Source: an uncultured Dictyoglomota bacterium (lineage in GTDB: Bacteria > Dictyoglomota > Dictyoglomia > Dictyoglomales > Dictyoglomaceae). Taken from it: a DNA stretch of 31,601 bases. Positions 18,197 to 28,613 of this stretch are shown here, piece after piece (the stretch's first letter is position 1; the number at the start of each line of letters is the position of its first letter). The stretch covers positions 1 through 31,601 of the forward strand of contig CAZZIO010000012.1 in NCBI GenBank assembly GCA_964654465.1, read 5' to 3'. The notes beneath the pieces are model-generated. The model was not told the origin of the DNA. It ran no database searches and saw only the letters and a list, made by a program, of their open reading frames with translations. The translations under genes were made by a program, and so were the position numbers.

Positions 18197-19944
18197 ATAA
18201 AAAAAACAATTTAAAAATAAAACTTTACATATAGTAAAGAAAAATATAACACTTCTTATTATTACTTTAGTTCTTTCTATTATTGTTTCCTTCACAAACA
18301 TATATCTCATTAGCCTTGAAAAGAATATTGCAAACGCTACTTTGCTGAAAAATAAAGACCTTTTTATAGAGATATTTACAATGATTTTGTCAATAATGTT
18401 AGCGAAAATATTTTTAGAGTACTTTAAAGCATATCTTTTAGGAAAATTCTCTGAAAATGTATTAAGAGATATAAGAAATGATATAGGTAAGAAGTTAATA
18501 AATATGAATATTAGTTATATAGAGAAAAATACTACTGGTGATTATATATCAAGACTTTCAAATGACCTCTCCCTTATTCAAGGCTTTTTAAGTAACTCCT
18601 TAAACGACCTCTTATATCATCCTATTACTTTTATTCTCGGTATTATTCTTGCTATATCTATAAATTGGAAATTGACTTTATTTTGTTTTGCCATAATTCC
18701 TATATCTATAATCCTTGCCTTAATTATAAGTAAACCAGTAGAGAAATATACAAAAAGACAACAAGAAGCTCTTAGCGATGTAAACTCTGTTGCTCAAGAT
18801 TCGATTTCTGGCATAACCTTGGCAAAAGTTTTTAATTTAGAAAAGGAACTTTTTAATAAATACGAAAAGGAATTGATAAAGTCTTTTAAATCAGGACTTA
18901 ATTCAGCCGGATTTGAAGTCCTTTCTGAACCAATTAAAATAATGATACAGATTATACCTTTTGTACTTATGTTCTTTTATGGAGGAAATTTAGTCCTTAA
19001 AGGAGAATTAACCCTTGGAGGAATTATTGCCTTTATAGAGCTTATTAATGTATTTTTAGCTCCTATGAATGTGCTTCCTAATGTAATAAATTCCTATAGG
19101 AAGGCAAAATCTTCTTCAGAAAGAATAGAGGAATTATTAAATCAAGAAGATGAAAAAGGGAGAGATGTAAAAGAAGAAAAAGTAAGTAATTACGATATAG
19201 AATTTGAAAATATATATTTTTCATATGATGAAAAAGAAATATTAAAAGGTATAAGTTTTAAAGTAAAAAGAGGAGAAAAGGTGGCTATTGTAGGAGAAAG
19301 TGGTAGTGGCAAATCAACCATTATTAAACTTATACTTGGTCTATACAAACCTCAAAAAGGGAAAATAAAAATTTTTGGGGTAGATATAAAGGATTGGGAT
19401 CTATCAGCTTTAAGAGAAAAAATTTCTGTTGCTAATCAAGATATATACCTATTTCCTGAAAGTATTAAGGAAAATATTAGATATGGTAATTATAATGCAA
19501 AGGATGAAGATATCATTTCTGCTACCAAAAATAGTCTTGCCTATGACTTTATTATAGAGAATATAGGTTTTGAGAGAGATTGGAGAAAGAGGAATTTTAA
19601 TATCGGGTAGAGAAAGGCAAAGAATTGCCATTGCAAGAGCTCTACTTAAAAAGGATGCAAGACTTTTTATTCTTGATGAAGCCACATTAGCCTTAGACAC
19701 AGAAACAGAACACACCTTACAAAATATATTGAAAGAGGAGTTAAAAGATAAAACTGTTTTAATCATTGCTCACCGATTTTCATCCATAAAAATAGCAGAA
19801 AGAATAATAGTCCTTGATGATGGGAAAATTATAGAAGAAGGTACCCATGAAGAACTCATATCTCTTAATGGTAAATATAAGGAACTTTGGGAAAAAGGAT
19901 TTAAAGAAAGTAATGACCAAGATATGTTAGATATGCAAAGTTAA
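18197..19944 (+). pseudogene. ABC exporter (fused TMD + ATPase), disrupted
   Basis: The frame is open from 18201 but has no valid start after the SD (ATA + A-run, in-frame TAA at 18198). Walker A GESGSGKS is present, there is a frameshift near 19565-19575, and the signature (ISGRERQ) and D-loop (DEATLALD) are degenerate. Confidence 0.85.
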
Positions 19945-19946
19945 TT

Positions 19947-22900
19947 TTAAATTATGCACTCTATCTTTTCATATTCTCCATCTCTTAAATAAAGAGAGTA
20001 TGGATACTCAAGTACTTCTTTACTTATCTCTTCTTTTTCTCCATTTCTTTTATACAATATATATTTCTTTACTTTTATATCCTTACCCAACAAGTCTTTT
20101 CTTTCTTGATTTATAAAATATATGAGAGTATTAAAGAATTTTATTACAAAAGTATTTTTGGGTACAAATATCTTTTCCTCGTTTCCATTTCCAAAATATG
20201 TTACCTCTTCATCATCTGTTGTAAATAAAAAGCTAGGAATTGAGGGTTCTGGTTTAAAACAAAGTCTATTATTTTCATCAAGATAAAAGGGATTTCCTCC
20301 TAATGTCATAAGAATAAGCATGTTATAAAATTCCGCTGTACTTCCAGAAAGTCTCGCTGAAAAACCAGCACCATGCAAATTTTCATCAGGATTTGCACTA
20401 CTCACAATAAAAGAGACATTTTCAAATATGCTCCTTTTATATACTTCAGGGCTCATAAATGGTACAAGACACTTTTTCATATCCTCATAGTAGGTATCAA
20501 ATTCTTTTGATCTTAAAATCTCTAAAAGATATTTGTACTCAAGATGGAGAAATACACTCTCATTTTCAAGCCATCCAGGTAGAAAGGCCTTTATTCTTCC
20601 AATTTCCAATGGGGCATCTTTCAATGATTCATTCACTTTATACATCTTCAATTTCTTATCATAGAGATCACTTTCTTTTATTCTCTTAATTATTTCCTTC
20701 TTTTTATTAGGGTCTTTCTCTACTTTTAGATAATGCACCTGACCCTCAAGAAAGAGAGGTAACTCATTTCTTTCAAATCTTTTAGGCTTTATTACCTTCT
20801 TCCCCTCTTTTTCTAATATTTCATAATCTATTAGATCATAATAGAAATATGTATGGTACAATCCTTTATCTTTAATAAATGCTTTCTCAAGTCCTATATC
20901 TATTTTCTCTAAAAAAACTTTTATCCTGTCAACAACATCAGATAGCTTTACTGTTATCTCATCTCCACTTATCCCCAATCTTGTTCTTTCTCTATAAAAC
21001 TCTCTTAATTTTGAGCTTTCATCCCAGAAATTAAAATTAGAAATTTCCCCTATTAGATTTTTCTTTGTAATTTCAAAAAGACCATTAATCAAATCCATGA
21101 CTTCAATTGGAATTTTTATCTCTCTATCTGATAGACGATATTTATCTATCCATCTTATTAATAAAAGAATTAACCTTTTAAGTTCAAAAGTCTCATTTAC
21201 AGAAGATCCAAAAAGTCCAGGAAGCCCATTTAAAGCATCATTCCAACCTGGTTTTCCAGCCTCCATCTCTATTCCCACATTATCAGGATCAAGAGTTGAA
21301 TATTTTACTACTGCAAGGGTGATCAACTTAGAGATCAAGTTAGTATAATATATATCCCCTTTACCATATTTTGTCCTTACTTTATTGGGTTCTATCTTCC
21401 TGGATTTTATGAGTTTTTCTTTTTCTTCATCCCTTTTTAGTGATCTATACTGTCTTACACCTTTATCTGTTAAAACATACCTTTCCTCTCTTGGTAAAAC
21501 AATTTCTGAATTATCATAATAGGTAAAGATATTTAAATCCAAAAGTAGATTAGCCATTTTATCTGGAAAAACAGACTCATAACTTTCTATAAGATCTAAA
21601 TTGTAGAACCAATGATCAACCCAATATCCTTCTCCATGTTCTGCATCTTCAATCTTTTTAGAATTTGTAAGAAGAAATGATATAAACTCTATTAAATCCC
21701 CCTTTTTCAATCTATATTTGTATTTTTCAAGAATCCTTATAACATCATAAGGAATAAAAGGCCTTTTTAAGATCTCATAAAGCTCCTTTTCTATATCTTC
21801 ATCTAACCAGTCTTTTAATTGATCTAATTTTTCCTCAGATAACAAGTATTTAATTCCTTTAATCACAAGAGGATTATATCCATCCAGTTGAATAAGATTT
21901 ACAAAATACCATATATTAAAATAGTCTACACTTGGATTGAAATATATATCATTTCTTCTATTTTGATTTATATCTCTATAATTGGCATTACCTTGAGAAA
22001 AATAATTAGCTTCAAGTCTAAAAAAGTTATAATCTCTCTCCAAATCTCCATGTTTTCTTGAGAAAAGATAAATTATATCTTTCTTACCCCCATAATCCAA
22101 AGTAACAGGAAGACCACCCCTTAATATATTGTCAAGAAAATTCTGTTTAGCATAAGAATTAAATTCTTTTGAAGAACTATAAACAAAGGAATTATCAATA
22201 ATACTTCTTATAAGTATCTCATTCTCTTCTGCCTTTCTTTCAATAAACTCTTTTTTAGAATATCCATTAATAATGGAATTCAATCTCTCTACAGAGTCAG
22301 ATCTTCCTATAATAGAGATAATACTCTTTTCCTCATAAGGCGAAAGAGAAATTTGAGAATAAGAAAAAGCTGAGGGGGTCCTATCACCATAAAACAAGGT
22401 ATTAATCTTAAAATCTTCCTTTGCAAAATTAAATGGATATGAAAAATCATCAGCTGGATAGAATATTAAAGACGGCTCTACAATTATAGGAAGAAGTTTA
22501 TTATCTTCTACAAAGGAAAAGTAAAAATGCCCATTTTTTATAATCTCAACTTCAGTTACATCTTGAAAGGTTGTATATAACCTATAAAAAGGAGCATTAT
22601 TTTCTCCATTATCAACCCGATACCATGCTTCTATTGTTCTGGACATATTTTTCATAACCTCATTTGTAAGTCCATAAGGTAAAAACTGTGGTATTCCATC
22701 AATAATTTCTAAATCAATATCTTTATTTTTAAGATTCTTAATAAATAATACCCTTATTAAAGCTCCTATAGGCTCATTGGGAAGAGTAAAATAATTTACT
22801 TTACATGCAATATTAAGAGTATTATTTACCTCATATATGGTAAGATCATATGGTGTAATACTCATATGATTTTCTTTTTCAAATTTTTGATTTTCAAAGG

Positions 22901-23201
22901 ATTCTCTAAAAGGCTCATAAATAACTCCATTTATCTTTATAAAAGTTCTAAATCCATATATAGGGGTCAATCTATAAGCTTTATTAGCAGGATGAAACTC
23001 AAGGATAGCACCATCTTTACTTTCAAATCCAAAACTTGCAATACACTGTGCTCTATTCACATAAAAACACCACATAGGAATACCCATAATTCCAGAAATA
23101 CCAGGAAGGAAACTGGAAAAAGGATATGCATAGTTATAATTGTATATATTAAAGGTTAAATCTTTATCTTTATCCACTTCGTATTTAACTTTGCTATTCA
23201 T
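19947..23201 (-). CDS. Large glycoside phosphorylase, GH161-like (beta-1,3-glucan phosphorylase; often annotated cellobiose phosphorylase)
   Basis: 1084 aa; motifs FSSFLPGISGIMGIPMWCFYVNR, SRKHGDLERDYN, QGNANYRDINQNRR, HGEGYWVDHW, EAGKPGWNDALNGLPGLFGS and ARLSGSTAEF; SD AGGAGG. Confidence 0.8.
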   Translation of the reverse strand: MNSKVKYEVDKDKDLTFNIYNYNYAYPFSSFLPGISGIMGIPMWCFYVNRAQCIASFGFESKDGAILEFHPANKAYRLTPIYGFRTFIKINGVIYEPFRESFENQKFEKENHMSITPYDLTIYEVNNTLNIACKVNYFTLPNEPIGALIRVLFIKNLKNKDIDLEIIDGIPQFLPYGLTNEVMKNMSRTIEAWYRVDNGENNAPFYRLYTTFQDVTEVEIIKNGHFYFSFVEDNKLLPIIVEPSLIFYPADDFSYPFNFAKEDFKINTLFYGDRTPSAFSYSQISLSPYEEKSIISIIGRSDSVERLNSIINGYSKKEFIERKAEENEILIRSIIDNSFVYSSSKEFNSYAKQNFLDNILRGGLPVTLDYGGKKDIIYLFSRKHGDLERDYNFFRLEANYFSQGNANYRDINQNRRNDIYFNPSVDYFNIWYFVNLIQLDGYNPLVIKGIKYLLSEEKLDQLKDWLDEDIEKELYEILKRPFIPYDVIRILEKYKYRLKKGDLIEFISFLLTNSKKIEDAEHGEGYWVDHWFYNLDLIESYESVFPDKMANLLLDLNIFTYYDNSEIVLPREERYVLTDKGVRQYRSLKRDEEKEKLIKSRKIEPNKVRTKYGKGDIYYTNLISKLITLAVVKYSTLDPDNVGIEMEAGKPGWNDALNGLPGLFGSSVNETFELKRLILLLIRWIDKYRLSDREIKIPIEVMDLINGLFEITKKNLIGEISNFNFWDESSKLREFYRERTRLGISGDEITVKLSDVVDRIKVFLEKIDIGLEKAFIKDKGLYHTYFYYDLIDYEILEKEGKKVIKPKRFERNELPLFLEGQVHYLKVEKDPNKKKEIIKRIKESDLYDKKLKMYKVNESLKDAPLEIGRIKAFLPGWLENESVFLHLEYKYLLEILRSKEFDTYYEDMKKCLVPFMSPEVYKRSIFENVSFIVSSANPDENLHGAGFSARLSGSTAEFYNMLILMTLGGNPFYLDENNRLCFKPEPSIPSFLFTTDDEEVTYFGNGNEEKIFVPKNTFVIKFFNTLIYFINQERKDLLGKDIKVKKYILYKRNGEKEEISKEVLEYPYSLYLRDGEYEKIECII

Positions 23202-23357
23202 AATACCCTCCTAACTTTCAATTTGTTTCATCCTAAAACTTATTATATATAACATTTATTTAATAAGCAATAAAAATTCCTTTGTAATAGGATCAAACAT
23301 TCAAGTAATACAAATTTTCATCTCTTGATTTAAAACTTGCTCTTCTCAATCTTTTAT

Positions 23358-24210
23358 TTATATTCTAAATACTTTATTAAGTTCCCCAATAAAAATATTC
23401 AAAGACTTAAATAATTTATTGACTTTTTCTTGAGGCGTAATGAACCATTTTGAAAAAATATCCTTAAGTAGATTATCTTCTCCCAAATTTTTCAGTATCT
23501 TTTTATGAAATCCAAAAAGGATACTATATATAATTAGATCTTTAATTTTATTTATACCATCATTATTTTTAATCAAATCATCAAGATTATCCTTTATATA
23601 TCTTTTATAAGCCCTCCATCTAAATGCCATTAATTTACCTTCATAAGTATAGGTTGAACATTTAGAAATAAAAATTGATCCAAAAATTAGATTATGAGCT
23701 GAAATTATTATTAAGCCTAAATCAAAGATTAATAATGATATAAATAAAACCAAAACCCATAAGTAAATATTTAATAGAAAATATTTTTTAGGTTTTACAT
23801 TAATCCATCTTAACTTCTTATAAAGATTTTCTCCTATTGCTCTATTAAAAGCTTTTTTAAAATTTTTTAGATTTAATTTAGAGATATCGGATAAATTAAA
23901 CTCATTTCCTATTCTTCTTAATAAAAAAAGTAATATTTTTTGTTCTTCACTTAAATTATCATCTATTTCTTTATCTATCATAATAATTTTGTAATTTCTA
24001 TTTTCTTCCTTAACAATAATATATTCATTAAAAGCAAGATCTATAAATGTAGCAGAATACGCCCTTTCCGAAACTTTTACATGTTTTTTCAAAAGTAGCT
24101 CAACCCATGCTGGAGGTAATTTAAGAGGAAGTACTTCTTTTACCTTTTGCAAATACATCAAAATTCAAAAGAAAAAATAAAATTATTAAAAGGATAATAA
24201 TTTTCTTCAT
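23358..24210 (-). pseudogene. DUF2207-like membrane protein with a large internal deletion
   Basis: Signal peptide MKKIIILLIILFFLLNFDVFAK from ATG 24210 ends at a stop after 29 codons. Another frame carries the C-terminal part (LPPAWVELLL, ATFIDLA, TYEGK...WRAYKRYI, LIIYSILFG). Confidence 0.65.
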
Positions 24211-24335
24211 AAATTAATTATAGCAAAAATATTGCTAATTTTCTTAATTATCTCAGAATATTCTTTTTTATAGAAAACTATAAAATTTCATTTATAATAA
24301 ACATTAAATAGATTATAAACAATGGAGGATCTTTT

Positions 24336-25268
24336 ATGGAAAAGAGAATAACAGTTATAGGAAGCTATAATACCGATCTTGTTTCAAAAGCTCCCCATCT
24401 TCCAAAACCAGGAGAAACAATATTAGGAGGTCCTTTTATAATGGGACCTGGAGGAAAAGGATCAAACCAAGCAGTATGTTCTGCAAGGTTAGGTGCAGAA
24501 GTATACTTTATAGGATGCATAGGTAATGATAACTTTGGGAAAATAGCAAAAGATTTCTTATTAAAAGAGAATGTAAAAGTAGATTATCTAAAGGTAACCG
24601 ATAAAACTCATACAGGGATAGCTTTAATAATAGTAGATGATAAAACAGGAGAAAATATGATTGTGGTAGCTCCTGGGGCAAACATGGAGGTTAATATTGA
24701 GCAGATAAATGCAGTGAAAGATATAATTTTAAGTTCCGATGTAGTCCTACTACAATTAGAAATCCCTATAGAAACAATATCCTATGTATTGAACTTGGTT
24801 TCAAATGAAAGGAAACCATTATCTATATTAAATCCAGCCCCAGCAAGAAAATTAGATGATAAAATATTGGGTAAAGCTGATATTGTAACTCCTAATAGAA
24901 ATGAATTAGAGATTATAACAGGGATTAAGATAGAAACCTTAGAAGATGTAGAAAAAGCATCAATAAAAATGCTTTCTTATGGGACAAAGGGAGTAGTTGT
25001 AACTCTCGGAAAAGATGGGGCTTTTGTAGTAACTGAAAACAAAAGAAAACATATACCATCATTTAAAGTAGAAGCCGTGGATACAACAGGAGCTGGTGAT
25101 GCTTTTAATGGGGGCCTTGCAGTAGCCCTTTCAGAAGGGAAAGACTTAATCTCTGCAGTAACTTTTGCCAGTGCAGTAGCTGCCTTAAGTGTTACAAAAA
25201 TGGGAGCTGCCTCTTCCATGCCTTACAGAGAAGAGGTAGAAAGATTTTTGAAAGAATATTCCAATTAA
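24336..25268 (+). CDS. rbsK: Ribokinase (PfkB family)
   Basis: GSYNTDLV, GGKGSNQAV, LLQLEIP, LNPAPA and DTTGAGDAFNG; SD GGAGG. Confidence 0.93.
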   Translation: MEKRITVIGSYNTDLVSKAPHLPKPGETILGGPFIMGPGGKGSNQAVCSARLGAEVYFIGCIGNDNFGKIAKDFLLKENVKVDYLKVTDKTHTGIALIIVDDKTGENMIVVAPGANMEVNIEQINAVKDIILSSDVVLLQLEIPIETISYVLNLVSNERKPLSILNPAPARKLDDKILGKADIVTPNRNELEIITGIKIETLEDVEKASIKMLSYGTKGVVVTLGKDGAFVVTENKRKHIPSFKVEAVDTTGAGDAFNGGLAVALSEGKDLISAVTFASAVAALSVTKMGAASSMPYREEVERFLKEYSN

Positions 25269-25286
25269 TTTGGGGGAATTTGAAAT

Positions 25287-26651
25287 ATGCAAAAACATTA
25301 TTTAAGTTATTATGAAAGATTAAAAGTGGAGGAATTGCAAAGTAAAGATGAAGGAAAAGATTTATCTACATTGAAGGAGGAAATAGAAAATATATCTAAA
25401 ATGAAAGATTGGGAAAAAAGAGAAGAGATAGCCAAAAAGTTATTAGATAAGATTCAGGCTATACCCATAAGAAAGGATTATAAATATAATGAACCATCAA
25501 AATTGGAAGAAATATTTAGAGAGTCTGATGAGGAAAAGGAAAATTATAGAGTAAAAATAACTCTTGATGAGAAACTTTTAGACAAGATCTATGGGGCTTA
25601 TTTAGGGAGAATGGCAGGATGCCTCTTAGGAAAACCTATAGAAGGTTGGCCTCGTAATAAAATATGGAATTTTTTGAAAGATACTAATAATTTCCCCATA
25701 AAAAAGTATCTTTCTTCGGATGTTGATAAAGAGATAAAAGAAAAATATGGAATTGAGGATGTAAAGTGGCGAGGATGGATTAATAAAATTGATCATATGA
25801 TTGAAGATGATGATATAAACTATACTATTCTTGGACTCTACATTTTTAAGAATTACGGAGAAAACTTCACCCCTGAAGATGTAGCTGAATCATGGCTTTT
25901 TAATCTTCCCATATTTCATACTTATACCGCAGAGAGAGTTGCTTATCAGAATCTTGTAAACTTAATTATGCCCCCTAAATCAGGAGAATTTAGAAACCCT
26001 TATAGAGAATGGATTGGCGCTCAAATAAGGGCTGATTTTTGGGGATATATAAGCCCAGGAAACCCAAAAAGATCAGCAGAATTCGCATTTAGAGACGCAT
26101 GTGTGTCTCATGTAAAAAACGGAATCTATGGAGAGATGTTTATAGCATCCTCTCTTTCTTGGGCTTTTGTATCGGATAACATAGAAGAAATAATAAAAGT
26201 AGGACTTTCTGTAGTCCCTAAAAATAGTAGATTCTATGAAGCTATTAAAAACATCATAGAATTTAAAAAAGGAGGTAAAGCTTTTGATTGGGTAAGAGAA
26301 TATATTTATGAAACCTACGAGAAGAATAGGAAAAATGAAGAATATTGGCATAATTGGTGCCATGTTTTATCAAACGCTCAAGTTGTGGTTGCATCCCTTT
26401 TTTATAGCGACCTTTCTTTTGAAAAAGGAATAACAAATGCTGTCTCTTGTGGACTTGATACTGATTGTAATGGGGCAACGGTAGGTTCCATCTTAGGAGC
26501 AATATATGGAGCAAAAAATCTTCCAGAATACTGGATAAAACCCTTAAATGACACAGTAGAGTCAGGAGTATCTGGTTATAATATTTGCAAAATTTCTGAT
26601 TTAGCCAAGGAAACACTGGATATAGTTAAAAAGATACAAAATTCAACTTAG
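25287..26651 (+). CDS. ADP-ribosylglycohydrolase family protein
   Basis: GRMAGCLLGKPIEG, EDDDINYT, WIGAQIRAD, SHVKNGIYG and GLDTDCNGATVGSILG; 18 nt after rbsK. Confidence 0.9.
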   Translation: MQKHYLSYYERLKVEELQSKDEGKDLSTLKEEIENISKMKDWEKREEIAKKLLDKIQAIPIRKDYKYNEPSKLEEIFRESDEEKENYRVKITLDEKLLDKIYGAYLGRMAGCLLGKPIEGWPRNKIWNFLKDTNNFPIKKYLSSDVDKEIKEKYGIEDVKWRGWINKIDHMIEDDDINYTILGLYIFKNYGENFTPEDVAESWLFNLPIFHTYTAERVAYQNLVNLIMPPKSGEFRNPYREWIGAQIRADFWGYISPGNPKRSAEFAFRDACVSHVKNGIYGEMFIASSLSWAFVSDNIEEIIKVGLSVVPKNSRFYEAIKNIIEFKKGGKAFDWVREYIYETYEKNRKNEEYWHNWCHVLSNAQVVVASLFYSDLSFEKGITNAVSCGLDTDCNGATVGSILGAIYGAKNLPEYWIKPLNDTVESGVSGYNICKISDLAKETLDIVKKIQNST

Positions 26652-28444
26652 AGCATTTCAAAATATTTTCTAATTTTCTGTGCCATCAACTTCCTTCTCT
26701 CTTGTAGAAAATTTAAGTAATCTATATCATTATTTTCAAGAATGGTTATAGGTATACAATGCATCTTAAAATTTTCTACAAGATCATCAAGATTATTTAT
26801 ACCTCCGTATTTCAAATTCTTAGTATTACATTGACTTATAAGCTCCTTAATATACTCTTTCGGGGGTTTATTACCTATAGCCAAATTTATCTCTGACTGT
26901 GCCATAACGTAATTAGCTATTTGGTTATAATCCTTCCGATCACTAAACCCACTCTTTTTTAGATAATCTTTCGGAAATATATGATGTACATCTCCCTTTA
27001 TAGAAATAAGATCTTCTACAGTAATATCCTTTGACAAGAAACCTTTATCTTTCATCTTTACTTGAGCTGCAAGAAAAACCTGAAAATAAGGATAATCGCT
27101 TGAAGTAATCATACTCTCTGGTAACGTAACACTCCAAAAAGAATCTGAAAGTTCTGCCTTAAAAATATTATTTATAAATTCCTCAGGATTACTTTCCTCT
27201 AATCTCTTAATATCTTCATCAAACTGAGAATCAGGCGATCCTGAATACCTTGATGTTAGTACAGACATGACAAACCACTTTCTTACATAAGATTCTATTT
27301 TAGCAGGATGTATCCCTTTCTCCTTTAATGTAAGAAACAAAGCATAGGAAAAATTCAACGGGTTATATGCTCTTATCATAGAACTATCTATGAAACCTGC
27401 AGACCTAATAATCATGATAAATTTTTTAAAATTGGCTTCATTTATATAATCAAATAATCCTTCTCTAAATTTGTTTATAGTATCCTCTATTATTTCTTCT
27501 TTATATTCCTTGGTTTTAAAATCTCTTCCAGATAATAAAGCAACTAAATCTTGTAATTTACCCCTTTTGAATTTATAAGTAAATATAGTCCTCAACAAAT
27601 CCACATATGATGGATCATATAAATCTTCTTTACTCTCTTTAAGCCATGCCATCTTTTTAAAATAATCTGTATTAGCAAACTCTTTATCGTTTTCTAAAAT
27701 TTCATGATAAAATTCAGGTTTGTCAGCTAAATAACAAAAATAATCTATAGCCTTACGAATGATATCTCCCCCATATTTATCATTGACAGCAAATTTCGAC
27801 ATGGCAAAATCAGACTGATTAAGTTGGGTACCTTTTGAATTCATTCTAATAAATATCTCTGTAACTTCCTCTAAATCTAAATCTGAGTTTAATTCAATAA
27901 CTCCTACAGGTACATTAACTATACTTCTTAGAGCATCGAGAGACAAAAATATATCATCTTTAATCACATCAGGATTAGATAAAACATAATCTTCTACTAA
28001 CTTTAAAAAATTAAAATCTTGGGAAAAAACTTTTGAAATATCTGAAATCCATTCCTTGTTCTTTTCTATAGCTGAATTTGTCACCTCGAATACTTTCTTC
28101 TTAGGATTAAAGGCTATCCTAATTTTTTTCCTCCTATAATCTTTATCTACTACCTCTTTACCTAAAACTGCGGACATTAGAGCTGTAACCCTTTGCTGTC
28201 CATCTATTAATATCTTTTTACCTTTTGACGATGTTCCGTCCTTTGCTTTCACATTAGGATTTTGCCATATAATGATATATCCCACAGGATAACCTTTATA
28301 TAATGAATCTATAAAATCTCTAACTTGAGTAGATTCCCACACAAAAGGTCGTTGTATCTCAGGAACTGCTACTTCACCAGATTGAATCCAAGAAAGTAAT
28401 GTTGATATAGGGTATTGATTAACTGAGAATTTTTGAATAATCAT
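26648..28444 (-). CDS. GmrSD-type (DUF262 + DUF1524/HNH-like) modification-dependent restriction protein
   Basis: PEIQRPFVW, LIDGQQRVT and FIRMNSKG (DUF262); DVHHIFPK...NQIANY...N (His-Me finger); SD GGAGG. Confidence 0.88.
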   Translation of the reverse strand: MIIQKFSVNQYPISTLLSWIQSGEVAVPEIQRPFVWESTQVRDFIDSLYKGYPVGYIIIWQNPNVKAKDGTSSKGKKILIDGQQRVTALMSAVLGKEVVDKDYRRKKIRIAFNPKKKVFEVTNSAIEKNKEWISDISKVFSQDFNFLKLVEDYVLSNPDVIKDDIFLSLDALRSIVNVPVGVIELNSDLDLEEVTEIFIRMNSKGTQLNQSDFAMSKFAVNDKYGGDIIRKAIDYFCYLADKPEFYHEILENDKEFANTDYFKKMAWLKESKEDLYDPSYVDLLRTIFTYKFKRGKLQDLVALLSGRDFKTKEYKEEIIEDTINKFREGLFDYINEANFKKFIMIIRSAGFIDSSMIRAYNPLNFSYALFLTLKEKGIHPAKIESYVRKWFVMSVLTSRYSGSPDSQFDEDIKRLEESNPEEFINNIFKAELSDSFWSVTLPESMITSSDYPYFQVFLAAQVKMKDKGFLSKDITVEDLISIKGDVHHIFPKDYLKKSGFSDRKDYNQIANYVMAQSEINLAIGNKPPKEYIKELISQCNTKNLKYGGINNLDDLVENFKMHCIPITILENNDIDYLNFLQERRKLMAQKIRKYFEML

Positions 28445-28613
28445 TTCTTATATCCTCCGTCTGATCCTAAAATATAATAACATATATAGGATATCATAAT
28501 AAAAAGAAGACTATCAATCCATTAATTTTCCAAATATTACTCAATTTGTTATTTATTAAAAATTGTGTCATACTATTTATGGGACAAAATTATCCCCAAT
28601 TAGGAGGTATATT

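Noticed and set aside
18342-19944. Two separate ABC genes, or a sugar importer serving the phosphorylase
   Set aside because: The split falls inside the ATPase domain, the architecture is exporter-type, and key motifs are degenerate.
311-26616. Short ORFs in the track lying opposite real genes (e.g. 311-544, 2186-2401, 6640-6885, 8087-8545, 11446-11859, 19449-19766, 21097-21348, 24977-25219, 26073-26363, 26263-26616) plus the same-strand alternate-frame ORF 17076-17258
   Set aside because: They are shadows of well-supported genes, with biased composition and no recognisable motifs.
28563-28613. Longer serpin start at TTG 28563
   Set aside because: The SD AGGAGG precedes ATG 28614, which begins a proper signal peptide.
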